In this document: positions 33,858-44,201 of the stretch, piece after piece
Layout of the letters: every line of letters starts with the position of its first letter
How positions within the stretch are numbered: position 1 is the first letter of the stretch
NCBI GenBank assembly: GCA_002162675.1
Contig: MAAE01000015.1
Location: forward strand, 34,438 to 98,437
Direction: 5' to 3'
From: Colwellia sp. 39_35_sub15_T18
GTDB taxonomy: Bacteria; Pseudomonadota; Gammaproteobacteria; Enterobacterales; Alteromonadaceae
Length of the DNA stretch: 64,000 bases
Position numbers and translations under genes: made by a program
Notes under the pieces: model-generated
Told to the model about the DNA's origin: nothing
What the model saw: the letters and a program-made list of their open reading frames with translations, nothing else
Databases searched by the model: none

Positions 33858-33961
33858 GTGTTATCTTGCCTAGTTGCTTTGCTTAGTTACCTAGCATAGT
33901 TACCTCGCATAGTTACCTTGTGTAGTTATCTTGCCTAGTTGCTTTGCTTAGTTACCCCGCA
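33858..33961. repeat. Degenerate 13-bp tandem array, 8 units, consensus TAGTTAYCTTGCN
   Basis: Units in exact 13-bp phase; units 1-3 recur as units 6-8 (65-bp higher-order period). Confidence 0.85.
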
Positions 33962-33964
33962 TGG

Positions 33965-34543
33965 TTAACTGGGCTTAAGCGCGACTATTTGTGCAATGGC
34001 TTGTTGAGTATTTTTATCTTCAGATTGCTTAACAAGCCCTTCAAAACTATGCAGTATTTGCCAGTCAGAAAACTGTTCAACTAGCTCTGTTGGCCGTAAT
34101 AAAAAATCGGGGTTTTTAGGACGACCAAGTTGTGCTTGTTGCTCAGTGAAGGTTTCATAAATAATCATACCGCCAGGCTTTATTGCCGCTTTTAACTGTG
34201 TAAACAACTGACGATGTAAATATCTAAAAACCATAATAGCGCTAAATGTTTTACCTTGCAGTGGTGAGCTGTGCTCTATTTCAAGGTCTACTTGCCAGCT
34301 TTGTGCTAGAGATTGTTGATTTTTGGTGAGGTTAGCTAAAGACAACTCCACATTTTTCAATGCATCGCTTTTAACATCCGCAAACGTTGTGGGAATATTA
34401 TGTTCAATTAAAAAAAGGCCATTGCGTCCATTACCACAAGCAAGATCAAGTACGCTACTTTGCTGCTCAGCATGTAAACCTTGCAAACGAGTTAAGTACT
34501 TATCTAACAAAGGAGAATGGGACAATTTCAATGACCTTATCAA
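33965..34543 (-). CDS. Class I SAM-dependent methyltransferase (TehB-like)
   Basis: VLDLACGNGRN, IMVFRYLHR, GGMIIYETF. Confidence 0.88.
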   Translation of the reverse strand: MIRSLKLSHSPLLDKYLTRLQGLHAEQQSSVLDLACGNGRNGLFLIEHNIPTTFADVKSDALKNVELSLANLTKNQQSLAQSWQVDLEIEHSSPLQGKTFSAIMVFRYLHRQLFTQLKAAIKPGGMIIYETFTEQQAQLGRPKNPDFLLRPTELVEQFSDWQILHSFEGLVKQSEDKNTQQAIAQIVALKPS

Positions 34544-34612
34544 GTCAATACCGAGCCGTATAAGAAAGTACTCACTTCAATATACGGATCCAGTTTAACC
34601 AATTAATATGAA

Positions 34613-37129
34613 TTAAAAGCTGCCACGAATACCAAGACTAAAGCTACGCCCAGGTAATGGCGCATCTTCTTTTAAGAAAGAAGAATGCACAAAGCCTAGC
34701 TCATCGGTTAAATTTTGGCCTTTAACATACAAAACAATGTCATTGTCCATAATATTCAAACCCGTATTATTTAAATAATAGTTAAAGTTGAAATCAACAA
34801 TCGTATAAGCCGCTGTTGCTGTTTCAAGTTGTCCAATATTATCTTGCTCAAAATAATGGTTTACTGAAATTTCACTGGCAAAGCTATTCGCTTGATAATT
34901 AAGTGACGAGCCTAATCGCATAGGAGGAGTACGTGGCAAATAATCACCATTAGTCAATTTAGCATTAATATAATCACCAAAAACGGTTAATTTGAATGGA
35001 CTTGAAATTTGATATGCAACTTCTGCTTCTAAACCATACATTTCAACGTCAGCTTGTTGATAGATTAATATTGGTAAACCTTCTTCTTCGTGATCATCAT
35101 CTTCTTCATGTTCATCATGCTCTTCGTGACTATCTTCAAAAATTAGCCCGGTATCTTGTTGGAAGTAAAAGTCATCAACTCGATTATAAAAAGCACTCAC
35201 TACAAAACCAAAGTCGCCTTCAAACTTACGCCAAGTTAAATCGATACTATGGGAGGTTTCTATTTCTGGTGCATTTTCAGCTAGTTCCACATGAATCTCA
35301 TCGCCATGCTCATCATGCTCATGGTCTTCTTCTCCATGCCCCTCGTCGTTATCTTCTTCAATATGTAAATCAAACATAGCACCCACTTCGAATGTATTGG
35401 TGCCAATATGGGGGCCGAATGAAAATAATTCAGAAGCTGAAGGAGCTCGTTGTGACAAAGCCAGAGATAAGCCTAAGTTATAGCCGTCTTGATAATCCCA
35501 AACAAAGCCAGCCGAAGCACTTACTGGAGTAAAGTCTTGTTGTTCGAATGACACTAGCTCTTGTTCATGATCATCAAAGCCAATTAGCGTATCATCAGCC
35601 TCAATTGATACCTGTTCAATTCTAGCTCCTAATTGCACTAATACATCACCAAAGTGTTTTTCTTCAAGCCAAGCAGCGGCAAAGCTATCTGTTTTTGAAG
35701 GTGGAGTGAAAGCTTCATCACCAATAGCTTCAAAATCTGAGCCTTTATAGTGTAAAGTCCAAGCCCCTTTCCAACCTTGGTATGTTTGATGATATAGATC
35801 GACTTTAAGCTCACTACTTTCATTATTAAAAGTCGTCCCTATAGCGCCATCTTCAATCTCTTTATGTTGATAATCTGTATAAGCAAATTTTGCTGAAACT
35901 TGTTTAAGGAAGTTATCATCAAAGTTAACTTCACTCAGCAGTTGTACTCTATCTTGTCGCATTTCGGCACTGGTACCTTCTTCATGCTCTTCATGTTCCT
36001 CATCCTCTTCTTCACCATGATGCTCATGACCTGGAATACCATAATCTTTGCTTACGCTACCGTATGAGAAGCCAACGAAACCTTGATCAAATAAATAACT
36101 TGAGCCAATGGTAAAGCCACTAGATTCAGAGTAGCTATCAGCAAGTGTATCTGAATTTTCCTCTTCTTCATGGTCATCATGTTCTTCGTGTTCTTCGTGT
36201 TCTTCGTGTTCTTCATCATGATCTTCTGCTTCAAAACCTTTAGGTAACTTATAATTACCTGCATCGCGCCAATAGCCATCAAGGTGTACCGCAAATTTCT
36301 CTCCGCCTATTTCTAAGCCTTTTTGTAATGATAGGCCTGCTTGTTTCTCGTCAGAGCCATCGTTATATTGTAACAACCACTCAGCCATAGTCTCGTTTGA
36401 CGTTGGTACTCTGTTATCAACGACATTAACCACACCACCAATAGCACCGCTGCCATAAAATAATGTTGATGGGCCACGCAATACTTCAATTTGTGTTGCT
36501 GTACTCGTTTCAGTTGAAATAGCATGATCGGCTCCTACGCGAGAGGCATCCCCTACATCTAAGCCATTTTGTGTAATCAATACTCGAGGCCCATCCAAAC
36601 CACGAATAATAGGACTACTGGTCACTCCACCATAAAAACTAGCATGAACACCCACTTCATTCTTTAAGGTTTCACCTAAAGTTGACGCTTGTTTTAGTTT
36701 TAAATCATCACCTGCAAGTACATTAATGGGTAAAGCTGATTCTATTGACGATGAATGTAAAGGCGTAGCATAAATATCAATAATTTCTAATACAGAAGGC
36801 GATAACTGAATTCGTAGACCTGAAATGTCATCTTGCTTAACCGTTATAACCTGATTGTTATGGGAGTAATTTGAAGCACTGGCATGTAATTCAATATCGC
36901 CAGACTTTAACTCTGGTAAGGTAAAAAAACCTTGTTCATCACTAGTAACTTTTTTATCGCTACCATGAATTGTAACTGTTGCCCCACTGATAGCTTTCCC
37001 CTTAGGATCAATAACTTGACCAGAAATATTTTGTGCTAAAGAGAGTGAGCTATAGCTAAGTGTGGTAACCGATAAACATAATGAGCAGGCAGTCGCTAGC
37101 TTACTTTTTGAGAATTTTTTTAACAACAT
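34613..37129 (-). CDS. TonB-dependent receptor, ZnuD-like, His/Glu-rich
   Basis: Plug motifs PIIRG and IEVLRGPSTLFYGSGAIGGVVN; C-terminal GRSFSLGIRGSF; four His/Glu tracts. Confidence 0.9.
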   Translation of the reverse strand: MLLKKFSKSKLATACSLCLSVTTLSYSSLSLAQNISGQVIDPKGKAISGATVTIHGSDKKVTSDEQGFFTLPELKSGDIELHASASNYSHNNQVITVKQDDISGLRIQLSPSVLEIIDIYATPLHSSSIESALPINVLAGDDLKLKQASTLGETLKNEVGVHASFYGGVTSSPIIRGLDGPRVLITQNGLDVGDASRVGADHAISTETSTATQIEVLRGPSTLFYGSGAIGGVVNVVDNRVPTSNETMAEWLLQYNDGSDEKQAGLSLQKGLEIGGEKFAVHLDGYWRDAGNYKLPKGFEAEDHDEEHEEHEEHEEHDDHEEEENSDTLADSYSESSGFTIGSSYLFDQGFVGFSYGSVSKDYGIPGHEHHGEEEDEEHEEHEEGTSAEMRQDRVQLLSEVNFDDNFLKQVSAKFAYTDYQHKEIEDGAIGTTFNNESSELKVDLYHQTYQGWKGAWTLHYKGSDFEAIGDEAFTPPSKTDSFAAAWLEEKHFGDVLVQLGARIEQVSIEADDTLIGFDDHEQELVSFEQQDFTPVSASAGFVWDYQDGYNLGLSLALSQRAPSASELFSFGPHIGTNTFEVGAMFDLHIEEDNDEGHGEEDHEHDEHGDEIHVELAENAPEIETSHSIDLTWRKFEGDFGFVVSAFYNRVDDFYFQQDTGLIFEDSHEEHDEHEEDDDHEEEGLPILIYQQADVEMYGLEAEVAYQISSPFKLTVFGDYINAKLTNGDYLPRTPPMRLGSSLNYQANSFASEISVNHYFEQDNIGQLETATAAYTIVDFNFNYYLNNTGLNIMDNDIVLYVKGQNLTDELGFVHSSFLKEDAPLPGRSFSLGIRGSF

Positions 37130-37241
37130 GGGGGTATTCCAATAAAAATAAAAATATAAAGATAAATATTGTGCTCAATGAATTACCTAGGCTTAATAAC
37201 CCAAGCATAAGAAAACACTAAGCAATGTAATAATGATTAAT

Positions 37242-37511
37242 TTATTGAAATGTTGGTGGTGCTCTTAACTGAGGTTGCATAAAGTCATTAACTTTACCGT
37301 GAACTATAGTGACTTTTTGAAGTTTAAGATTATAACTCGCAACATAATGAAAACGAATTTGGGGTAATTCTGGTGGCGTATCTATCCCTTGATGGCATAT
37401 ATAACACTCTTGCTGCTCAGAGCTAAGGGAGTGATCGGTTAGATGATCGGCATGAACAAGCGTTGACGTTAAAAACAGCAAAACAAAAACCACGAGTGCC
37501 AGGGCATTCAT
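37242..37511 (-). CDS. Small exported metal-binding protein (DUF2946-like)
   Basis: Signal peptide, HADH, ECYICH, C-terminal RAPP; ATG at 37511 preferred over 37583. Confidence 0.7.
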   Translation of the reverse strand: MNALALVVFVLLFLTSTLVHADHLTDHSLSSEQQECYICHQGIDTPPELPQIRFHYVASYNLKLQKVTIVHGKVNDFMQPQLRAPPTFQ

Positions 37512-37566
37512 GGTTATTAGTTTGTTGCTTGAGTTTTTATTTACTAGGAAGAGTAACATCATATTA

Positions 37567-37584
37567 AAGTGATAATATAACACT
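37567..37584 (-). promoter_or_regulatory. Zur-box-like site
   Basis: Minus strand TGTTATA-T-TATCACT versus TGTTATAnTATAACA; upstream of the ZnuD-like operon. Confidence 0.6.
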
Positions 37585-37677
37585 ATAATTTTATCTACAA
37601 GCGCTTTATCCCGGTAATATCACGAGGCAGTTTCAGGGCTAGAGCTTAAAGCTAGAATTCAAGGCTATAGTTCAAAA

Positions 37678-38573
37678 CTAAAGTTCAAAGTAATCTTGGA
37701 ATACTTTATAAAGCTCAGTGCCTTGATTCACACTCGCCGAAGCAAAATGTAAAATAGGGAGCACTTGCCTATCAAGGCAAATATTGTGCAAAGGACTACC
37801 GCTACCATCGCCATTGGCACTCTCATCGACACAATAATTATCCATTCTTAAAATGCGCGCTAATGGCTCACCTGCGGGTAATGGCTTACCAAACTCAGCT
37901 AAATAATCCACCATGCCGCCCATTGGAGAATATAAGGCTTTGTAATCTTTAAGATAACAACCGTAACGCGTCATTTTTTGTGGCGTGTAATGATTACCGC
38001 TGATCACCCCTTTATATTGCAAATAGCTTAAAATGCCCAAAGCGTCTTGATGAGCAACATCTAAGTCAATTTGCTCTTGTGAACCAAGTTCAACCGTAAA
38101 GCTTTCTTTAGCAAAAGCGCCTTCACCCATCACAAAATTTCGCCCTAAATCTTGGTAAGCTTGTTGTAAGCTCCACCATGGGCAAAAGGTGGCTTCATCC
38201 ATGGCGCCATCAAAATCATTAGGGATAAAAATAGTATGAGGAATATCAAAATAGCTAGCACTGGCTTTAATATATTCAGGACAATATAAATGCTTGCTTG
38301 AAATAGGGCCAGTATGTAAATCAAGTACTAAGTCAGCTTGATGCGCCATAAGTTGTAGCTGATAAGCAATACGTTGACCTGTGGTTATCCCCCAAATATT
38401 GTGATCAAGTTTTTGTTCAATTTGATCTATTAATAATTGTTGAAAACTAGCCTGAATTTCTTCTTGTGATGCATCAATATGTTGTTGAGCAAAAGGCGCA
38501 ATAACCGTTTCGTCAAAGTGATACATTCTGTTCCAGTTAACGCCCGTAATAGGGTCAAACCGTCCTAAAGTAT
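37678..38573 (-). pseudogene. 3' part of a succinylglutamate desuccinylase/aspartoacylase (M14-like) gene, 5'-truncated at the island boundary
   Basis: TLGRFDPITGVNWNR, LDLHT and VELG are present; the N-terminal HGxE zinc motif is absent; the preceding MNCGILN does not resemble the family. Confidence 0.75.
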
Positions 38574-39341
38574 TTAGAATCCCACAATTCATTGCGTATG
38601 TATTCCATCAACTTTAGCCTCAACCAAAGACTGAAAGACCGACGATTTGCCCTATAAATATAGGCCAACACTAAAATAAGCAATTCTGACCGATTACAAA
38701 ATCCAATAAATATCCCCTGCGCATGTATTCTCCTTGTGTTTATAAATACGCAAAGCATTGCGTATAATCCTTTACATACTTATTCGCCTCATATACTTGT
38801 TTTGAGGCGGAAATGTGTAGTCACAGATCACAAATTATTTTTATATTACAAAAATTACTGACTTGAATCTCTTTAATTTAAATTTCTTTTAAAATTTATT
38901 TTCAGTCACTTTGACTACTTATTTAATATAGCCGCACAACCGATAACACCAATATTTATTATAACTAATATTAATTACACACCTAAACCATTAAAAAAAC
39001 ATGTTTTATTCGTTATACACAATAAAATTTTACAACTTTATATAATTTACACTAAATTATATAAAGAAATAATAAACACTTAAATAATTGATATAAAAGA
39101 AGAAAATCAAAAAATAAAATTTGACTTCTTACCTATTTCAAACAACACTTAAGAAATATTCAATGAAGACCAACATTATGACAAAAACAAATAAACAAAC
39201 AAAAAAAAACACCAGCACATTTAGTGAATGTTTGGATCAAAAAATTGAAAGCTCGAAATGACAATGTTCAATATGAATAATTCATCCGAACAATGGGGCA
39301 TTTCAGCTCATTGATTTGCTATGAGAAACACAAGGATTTAA

Positions 39342-40787
39342 TTGCTTTTGAAAAATGTAACATTTGTTAGATTGCCCAATGGAAACCGCAGATTACTCGA
39401 CAATAACAGTAGTCCTATCGACGCATTTAATCAGTTCCATAAACACTTGGATGAAAAATCAAAACTCGGTGAAGGAACAATCACCATGTACGGCGATGAT
39501 TTAGCACGTTTCCTGGACTACATGATAGAAACGAGAGTATTCCTGAGTGATGTTGCACCGACAAGGAAAGAGTTGGATGAGGCAGTGAATGCTTACCCTG
39601 ATTATTTAGCAAACGGTGATAAATCCAAAAACTCGTTTGTAGCAGAAATTGCTAAACGAATTGGTGGGTTCAAGGGGGTTAACGTTGATGGGCATCACAT
39701 TGCAGCGGTCAACCATTTCTTAGTGTTCGCAGAGCAGCTCGCAAAGGACATGTTTGAATTAGCGGAACTTGTGGCAGGGGTCACTATTGATTCACCCGCA
39801 CTTGTTTTCTCTGCGTTACAAGGCGAAGTCAAAATGTCCCCCCATGAAATTAATCGCATACGACAAAATTCTGTCTTTGGCGCAAATCTTCGGCAAATCA
39901 AGACTTGGAAGAAGGCAAGGTTGCAGTCAAAAAACAAAGGCAATCAGAAAAATATCGATCCTAAAAGCGACATCTGCTTGTTGCAGCAAACAGAAGATCT
40001 TTACGTGGAAGGGGCGAACATGGACTTCCCTCTTGAACATTTTCAAGAACTGCTCGAAAACGAACCTTGCCCCAGAAACCGTGCACTGTGGGCATTATTG
40101 GGCGGCGGTGGCCTCCGACAGAGTGAGGGGGTGATCACATATATTCCCTTGGTCTTCCCTGAAGAGCAGATTGTTAGGATAGTTGACCCCAACGATTGGC
40201 GTGGTTCCTCAAAATACAAAGTACCGCACCGCTTCAAGGGGCGCGAAACAGCCAACGTATACATCATCCCGGCTTTACGACAAATCTTTTTTGATAGCTA
40301 CCTAGACTTAATGAAAATAAGGCCGCTCTCTGATGAATATTACGTTTTTTTGAAACATGACAAAAAGAGTTATGCGGAACCGCTTCACCTTGCAACCAAT
40401 ACAACTCTGAACAAGGCATTTAAAAAGGCTCAGAGACGCATTGGAATGACGACTTTGTACACCTTACAAAGCTTGCGCCACATGTACGGTGTTTTTATGG
40501 TTAACCATTTCCCCACGCCTTGGAAAACTGAGAATGGACTTGATATTGGACACGTTCAGCAGTTGATGGGGCACGCATGCCTTGAAAGCACGAAACGGTA
40601 TGCCAAGAAAAAGAAAAGTCTTTTGAATGCCAAAATGGAACTTGGGGAGCGTATGTTAATGGGAGAATCTCACCTTGATTTGCCTGGAATGATAGTCAAA
40701 AACTTACGTGATCAAGCGGACGCTATCGAGAAAAAATCAATGGCAAGTAAAGAAAAACAAGCAATAGCAACCGAGGGAATATTATGA
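39342..40787 (+). CDS. Tyrosine recombinase/integrase
   Basis: GGLRQSEG (R), FKGRET (K), LQSLRH (QxxR in place of HxxR), LMGHACLESTKRY (H...Y); TTG start. Confidence 0.85.
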   Translation: MLLKNVTFVRLPNGNRRLLDNNSSPIDAFNQFHKHLDEKSKLGEGTITMYGDDLARFLDYMIETRVFLSDVAPTRKELDEAVNAYPDYLANGDKSKNSFVAEIAKRIGGFKGVNVDGHHIAAVNHFLVFAEQLAKDMFELAELVAGVTIDSPALVFSALQGEVKMSPHEINRIRQNSVFGANLRQIKTWKKARLQSKNKGNQKNIDPKSDICLLQQTEDLYVEGANMDFPLEHFQELLENEPCPRNRALWALLGGGGLRQSEGVITYIPLVFPEEQIVRIVDPNDWRGSSKYKVPHRFKGRETANVYIIPALRQIFFDSYLDLMKIRPLSDEYYVFLKHDKKSYAEPLHLATNTTLNKAFKKAQRRIGMTTLYTLQSLRHMYGVFMVNHFPTPWKTENGLDIGHVQQLMGHACLESTKRYAKKKKSLLNAKMELGERMLMGESHLDLPGMIVKNLRDQADAIEKKSMASKEKQAIATEGIL

Positions 40788-43700
40788 TTAATGCCACAAA
40801 GGATATCATCATTCTCAATGAAGGCAAGGTGCTAGATTGCGTCGATGAATTCACGAAAGCAATGCTGGATAGAGGTATTGTAACGGAAGGGATAAAAAGG
40901 CAGTCAACAATGTTATATCTTGATTACAAAGACCTTTCTCTCATACAACAAGGTGCATTTGCATACTATTTGATGCCCGTGCTAAAAAACATCACCATCA
41001 CTCGATTGCGTGAGTTGTATCAGATAACTCTAATTGCAAAAGGGGAATTTGACAAACAGAAAAAAATCGAAGACATCCTGAACTGTAAATTTCATCACCC
41101 AAAAGTTACTGCTGGTGTGCACGCAGCCTGCCTTACCTTGTTTGTTTGGCTGTGGGAGTATAGGATAGCGGTTTTGTCAGCCAACTTTAAAGTTATCGCA
41201 AAATATCGCATTGTTGGCAAGATTAGAAATGAAATATTAGACAAGCTCTTGGAACTACAAGTAGCAGGTGCTAAAAGCAACCAAGAGGTGGCAGATTATA
41301 GAGTAGCAGCAAGTTGCCTAGCTTACATTCTATCCACCGATTGGCGCTTATGGACAGATGTATCACTCTTAGGCTATTGGGAGAATTTACGTTCTCCTGA
41401 CGCAATCACACTTTCTTTTCACAGTGCTCCTAAACTTTTATTTGAGTTGGCTGCTGACAACGGAGCCGCATACTCACAAAAAGATGTAGACAATGTCTTT
41501 TCAAGAAGCGGCACGCATGCTGCAAAATTAGCAGATCCATTAATCCTGTTAAACACATTAGAACAAATAAACAACTATTTAGAAGGGTCAGTCACCATTG
41601 AAGGGATTAATGGTGGAACTTTGCAGATTGCCAGGAAAAAAGGCGTTTCCACATTATCCAGAATGAAAGCTAACGCCGCAAACGTCCGCTTTGGCGGGAG
41701 TATAAATGATTCTATAAAACTCGATGTTGGCAATATGAGACCTAAAGATAAGCTTGCCCATTATGCCAAGCACGATGATATGGATAATTACTTGAAATAC
41801 CTTCCTAAGCTGAAAAAAAATCATATAGACCTCAACTACCTGGACATGGGGTTTTATCCAGGTCTCAGCGTAGAGCCAAGAATTCAGTTTCCTGAATGGT
41901 GTACAGTGATTGAGGCTTACGTTAAAACAATTGTGACATCAATTAAAAGCCGCAAAGGATTTATTGCTTATCTTGCAGACTATCTGTTTGTCTACTTAGT
42001 TTGCTTTTATGAATCGAATACGAATGCGGTTCACCATCTTCCGACAAAAATTCAAGATTTTAGCCGTGTTATTTTCTGGGATCAAACCGTCATGCCAAAG
42101 GAATTGCAGACTAATGCACCGATAACTTTCGCTGAATTCATCAAAGAAAGAGCGCCTTCACATTCTGGCAAGATGGTTAACATTGCGCAGGGTTTCTTCG
42201 AATTTATAAAGACTAACTATTGCGACTACCATCCTGAGTTTCCTGACGCACTCGTGCTCAATAACTTCGAAAATCCAATCAATCAAAAGGCAGATGTTGC
42301 AGGTAAGTGGAATAACAAGTCCGCACCTACAAATAAGATCGCCATGCCGATAGAAACCTTGCCATTCGTCCACAACACGTTGCGTGTGCTTAACGAGGCG
42401 CATAATAAGCTACAGAAATTCCTTCTTAAGGATGAAAATGCGAGCAAGAGATCATCGTATACAAGAGAGCATCCTGTTTTTAAATTATCAGATTGGGATA
42501 TCGATTGCTCTTTTGAATTGAATGGGAAAACGGTGCGTTTTGATGTGATCCCTGATTTATTTAACTGGGAACGTGGTGGAGGCCATTATCCTGCCTTGAG
42601 TTGCTTTCGGATGCTAAGAACGAATGTGCATGCAGGTCAGCGAATGGAAAACATTCAATGGCTGGATATTGATAATTTTGACCAAAACTCACAAGGCCGA
42701 GTTAATGGCTACTTCCAACCACTCTGGATTGATATTGACAAAATATACGAAAGCCGTATCGCAAAAACCCCAACATTCATACTCGATGAACTCCAAGCAG
42801 AACGTGAATACCAAAGGACATATGGGCTTGAAATTTCGCCCATAAAATCAACTTTTTCAGAGAAACTTATTTCCCCTCTTTTTAGAAGTAACGCTGCTCA
42901 AAATACAGGTGGACCTTTTTGTGACCAAGCCTATTTAGATTTATGGGTAGATATACTCTGGTTTATTCAGCAACATTATAACGAATTTGTGCCTCCCTCT
43001 AAACAGCATAGCTTTGTGCGTTTGGTGCCCTATAAGGATAGCACGGGTAAGAATGCCAACAACTACCAATGGAATCAGGGCGTGCCTATTATCGACTCCG
43101 ATGGGGTACATCACAATGGCAATGCGACAGCACTTCAATTGCTTGCCGTCCATACACCACACTCTATGCGAAATACTTATACCGTAGCACGTAAAGGATT
43201 GATCGATTATCAAGATCTCATGGAACAGCAGGGTTGGACAGCAGAAGTCACCATGCATCATTATCTACAGGCCATGCATCAAAACGATAAAGAAAGGCTT
43301 TTAGAGTTGGCTGACAAATCAATAATGGAGGGTACATGTCTCACTGAGGGTGCGTCTTTACAGGCACTTTTTTTGCAAGGAAACAATGCTATTAGACCCT
43401 CAAAGGAAGGTTCTGCAATGAGTGAGTCGCTTGCCGCCGGAGCTGAGGCAGTCATTCATGATCAGGGCCTAATCTCTATACGAGTCACAGAGTTAGATGA
43501 ATATAGTGGTGATGACGGTCTGATGATGCTCAAAGCGCAACAACGCAGTATTAAACCCGTTATTTTTGACCATTGCCTCTGTCCCGCAGGGGGAGATTGT
43601 CCGAAAGAAATTGTTGCAATCATTGGCGAGAGAAATCGCTGTGGATTATGTCCTATCGCTTGCTACGGTATCGATCACATCAGCGGCCTGAATGCACGCA

Positions 43701-44197
43701 TAACTGAAAAGCGTGATGCGGCTAATAAAGGTCTCGATATGCTAAAACGGTTGGAAGCAAGAAATGAAGTTCCCTCTGCAACAGCTCATATCAAAGAACA
43801 GATCAATCTGAACCAATCCGAAGTTGGCTCAATGCGTATGACCGCTAATTTGCTTGAGAAAAAGCTAGAGCGCGGTGAATTAGATCGATACCTGTGCAGA
43901 CATCCAGATATGGTCAAAAATGTGGTTAAAATTTCAATTGATACCACCAGTGAACGTAACCTATTCCTCTCAAAATTGATCGATGCACAAGCGCACCCTC
44001 AATACTGTAGCGAAGGCTTCGTGGATCAGTGCTATGCACATTACCGAAGATTTAATGCTGATAAGAATAAACAAGATGTTGAAAGCGATCCCGTACAAGT
44101 TGTCGCGGGGCATTTATCAGCAATTATGCGAGAAAAAAATATAGGTATCAACCAATTGCTTTCAGTCCCTGAATTTAAACAACTGGTCGAGGTTTAG
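40784..44197 (+). CDS. Very large tyrosine-recombinase-like protein (VPA1269-like), 1137 aa
   Basis: AGQRMENIQWLD, HTPHSMRNTY, QGWTAEVTMHHY; Cys cluster CLCPAGGDCP...CGLCPIAC; ATGA overlap with the upstream integrase. Confidence 0.65.
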   Translation: MINATKDIIILNEGKVLDCVDEFTKAMLDRGIVTEGIKRQSTMLYLDYKDLSLIQQGAFAYYLMPVLKNITITRLRELYQITLIAKGEFDKQKKIEDILNCKFHHPKVTAGVHAACLTLFVWLWEYRIAVLSANFKVIAKYRIVGKIRNEILDKLLELQVAGAKSNQEVADYRVAASCLAYILSTDWRLWTDVSLLGYWENLRSPDAITLSFHSAPKLLFELAADNGAAYSQKDVDNVFSRSGTHAAKLADPLILLNTLEQINNYLEGSVTIEGINGGTLQIARKKGVSTLSRMKANAANVRFGGSINDSIKLDVGNMRPKDKLAHYAKHDDMDNYLKYLPKLKKNHIDLNYLDMGFYPGLSVEPRIQFPEWCTVIEAYVKTIVTSIKSRKGFIAYLADYLFVYLVCFYESNTNAVHHLPTKIQDFSRVIFWDQTVMPKELQTNAPITFAEFIKERAPSHSGKMVNIAQGFFEFIKTNYCDYHPEFPDALVLNNFENPINQKADVAGKWNNKSAPTNKIAMPIETLPFVHNTLRVLNEAHNKLQKFLLKDENASKRSSYTREHPVFKLSDWDIDCSFELNGKTVRFDVIPDLFNWERGGGHYPALSCFRMLRTNVHAGQRMENIQWLDIDNFDQNSQGRVNGYFQPLWIDIDKIYESRIAKTPTFILDELQAEREYQRTYGLEISPIKSTFSEKLISPLFRSNAAQNTGGPFCDQAYLDLWVDILWFIQQHYNEFVPPSKQHSFVRLVPYKDSTGKNANNYQWNQGVPIIDSDGVHHNGNATALQLLAVHTPHSMRNTYTVARKGLIDYQDLMEQQGWTAEVTMHHYLQAMHQNDKERLLELADKSIMEGTCLTEGASLQALFLQGNNAIRPSKEGSAMSESLAAGAEAVIHDQGLISIRVTELDEYSGDDGLMMLKAQQRSIKPVIFDHCLCPAGGDCPKEIVAIIGERNRCGLCPIACYGIDHISGLNARITEKRDAANKGLDMLKRLEARNEVPSATAHIKEQINLNQSEVGSMRMTANLLEKKLERGELDRYLCRHPDMVKNVVKISIDTTSERNLFLSKLIDAQAHPQYCSEGFVDQCYAHYRRFNADKNKQDVESDPVQVVAGHLSAIMREKNIGINQLLSVPEFKQLVEV

Positions 44198-44201
44198 TAA
44201 T

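Noticed and set aside
33858-33961. CRISPR array
   Set aside because: 13-bp contiguous units with no unique spacers and no cas genes in the window.
38574-38592. MNCGILN as the native N-terminus of the desuccinylase
   Set aside because: Unlike the family, and it would leave out the first zinc-binding motif; more likely island-derived.
38555-38758. 67-aa ORF at the island left end
   Set aside because: No RBS or motif; overlaps the inverted-repeat region and the junction.
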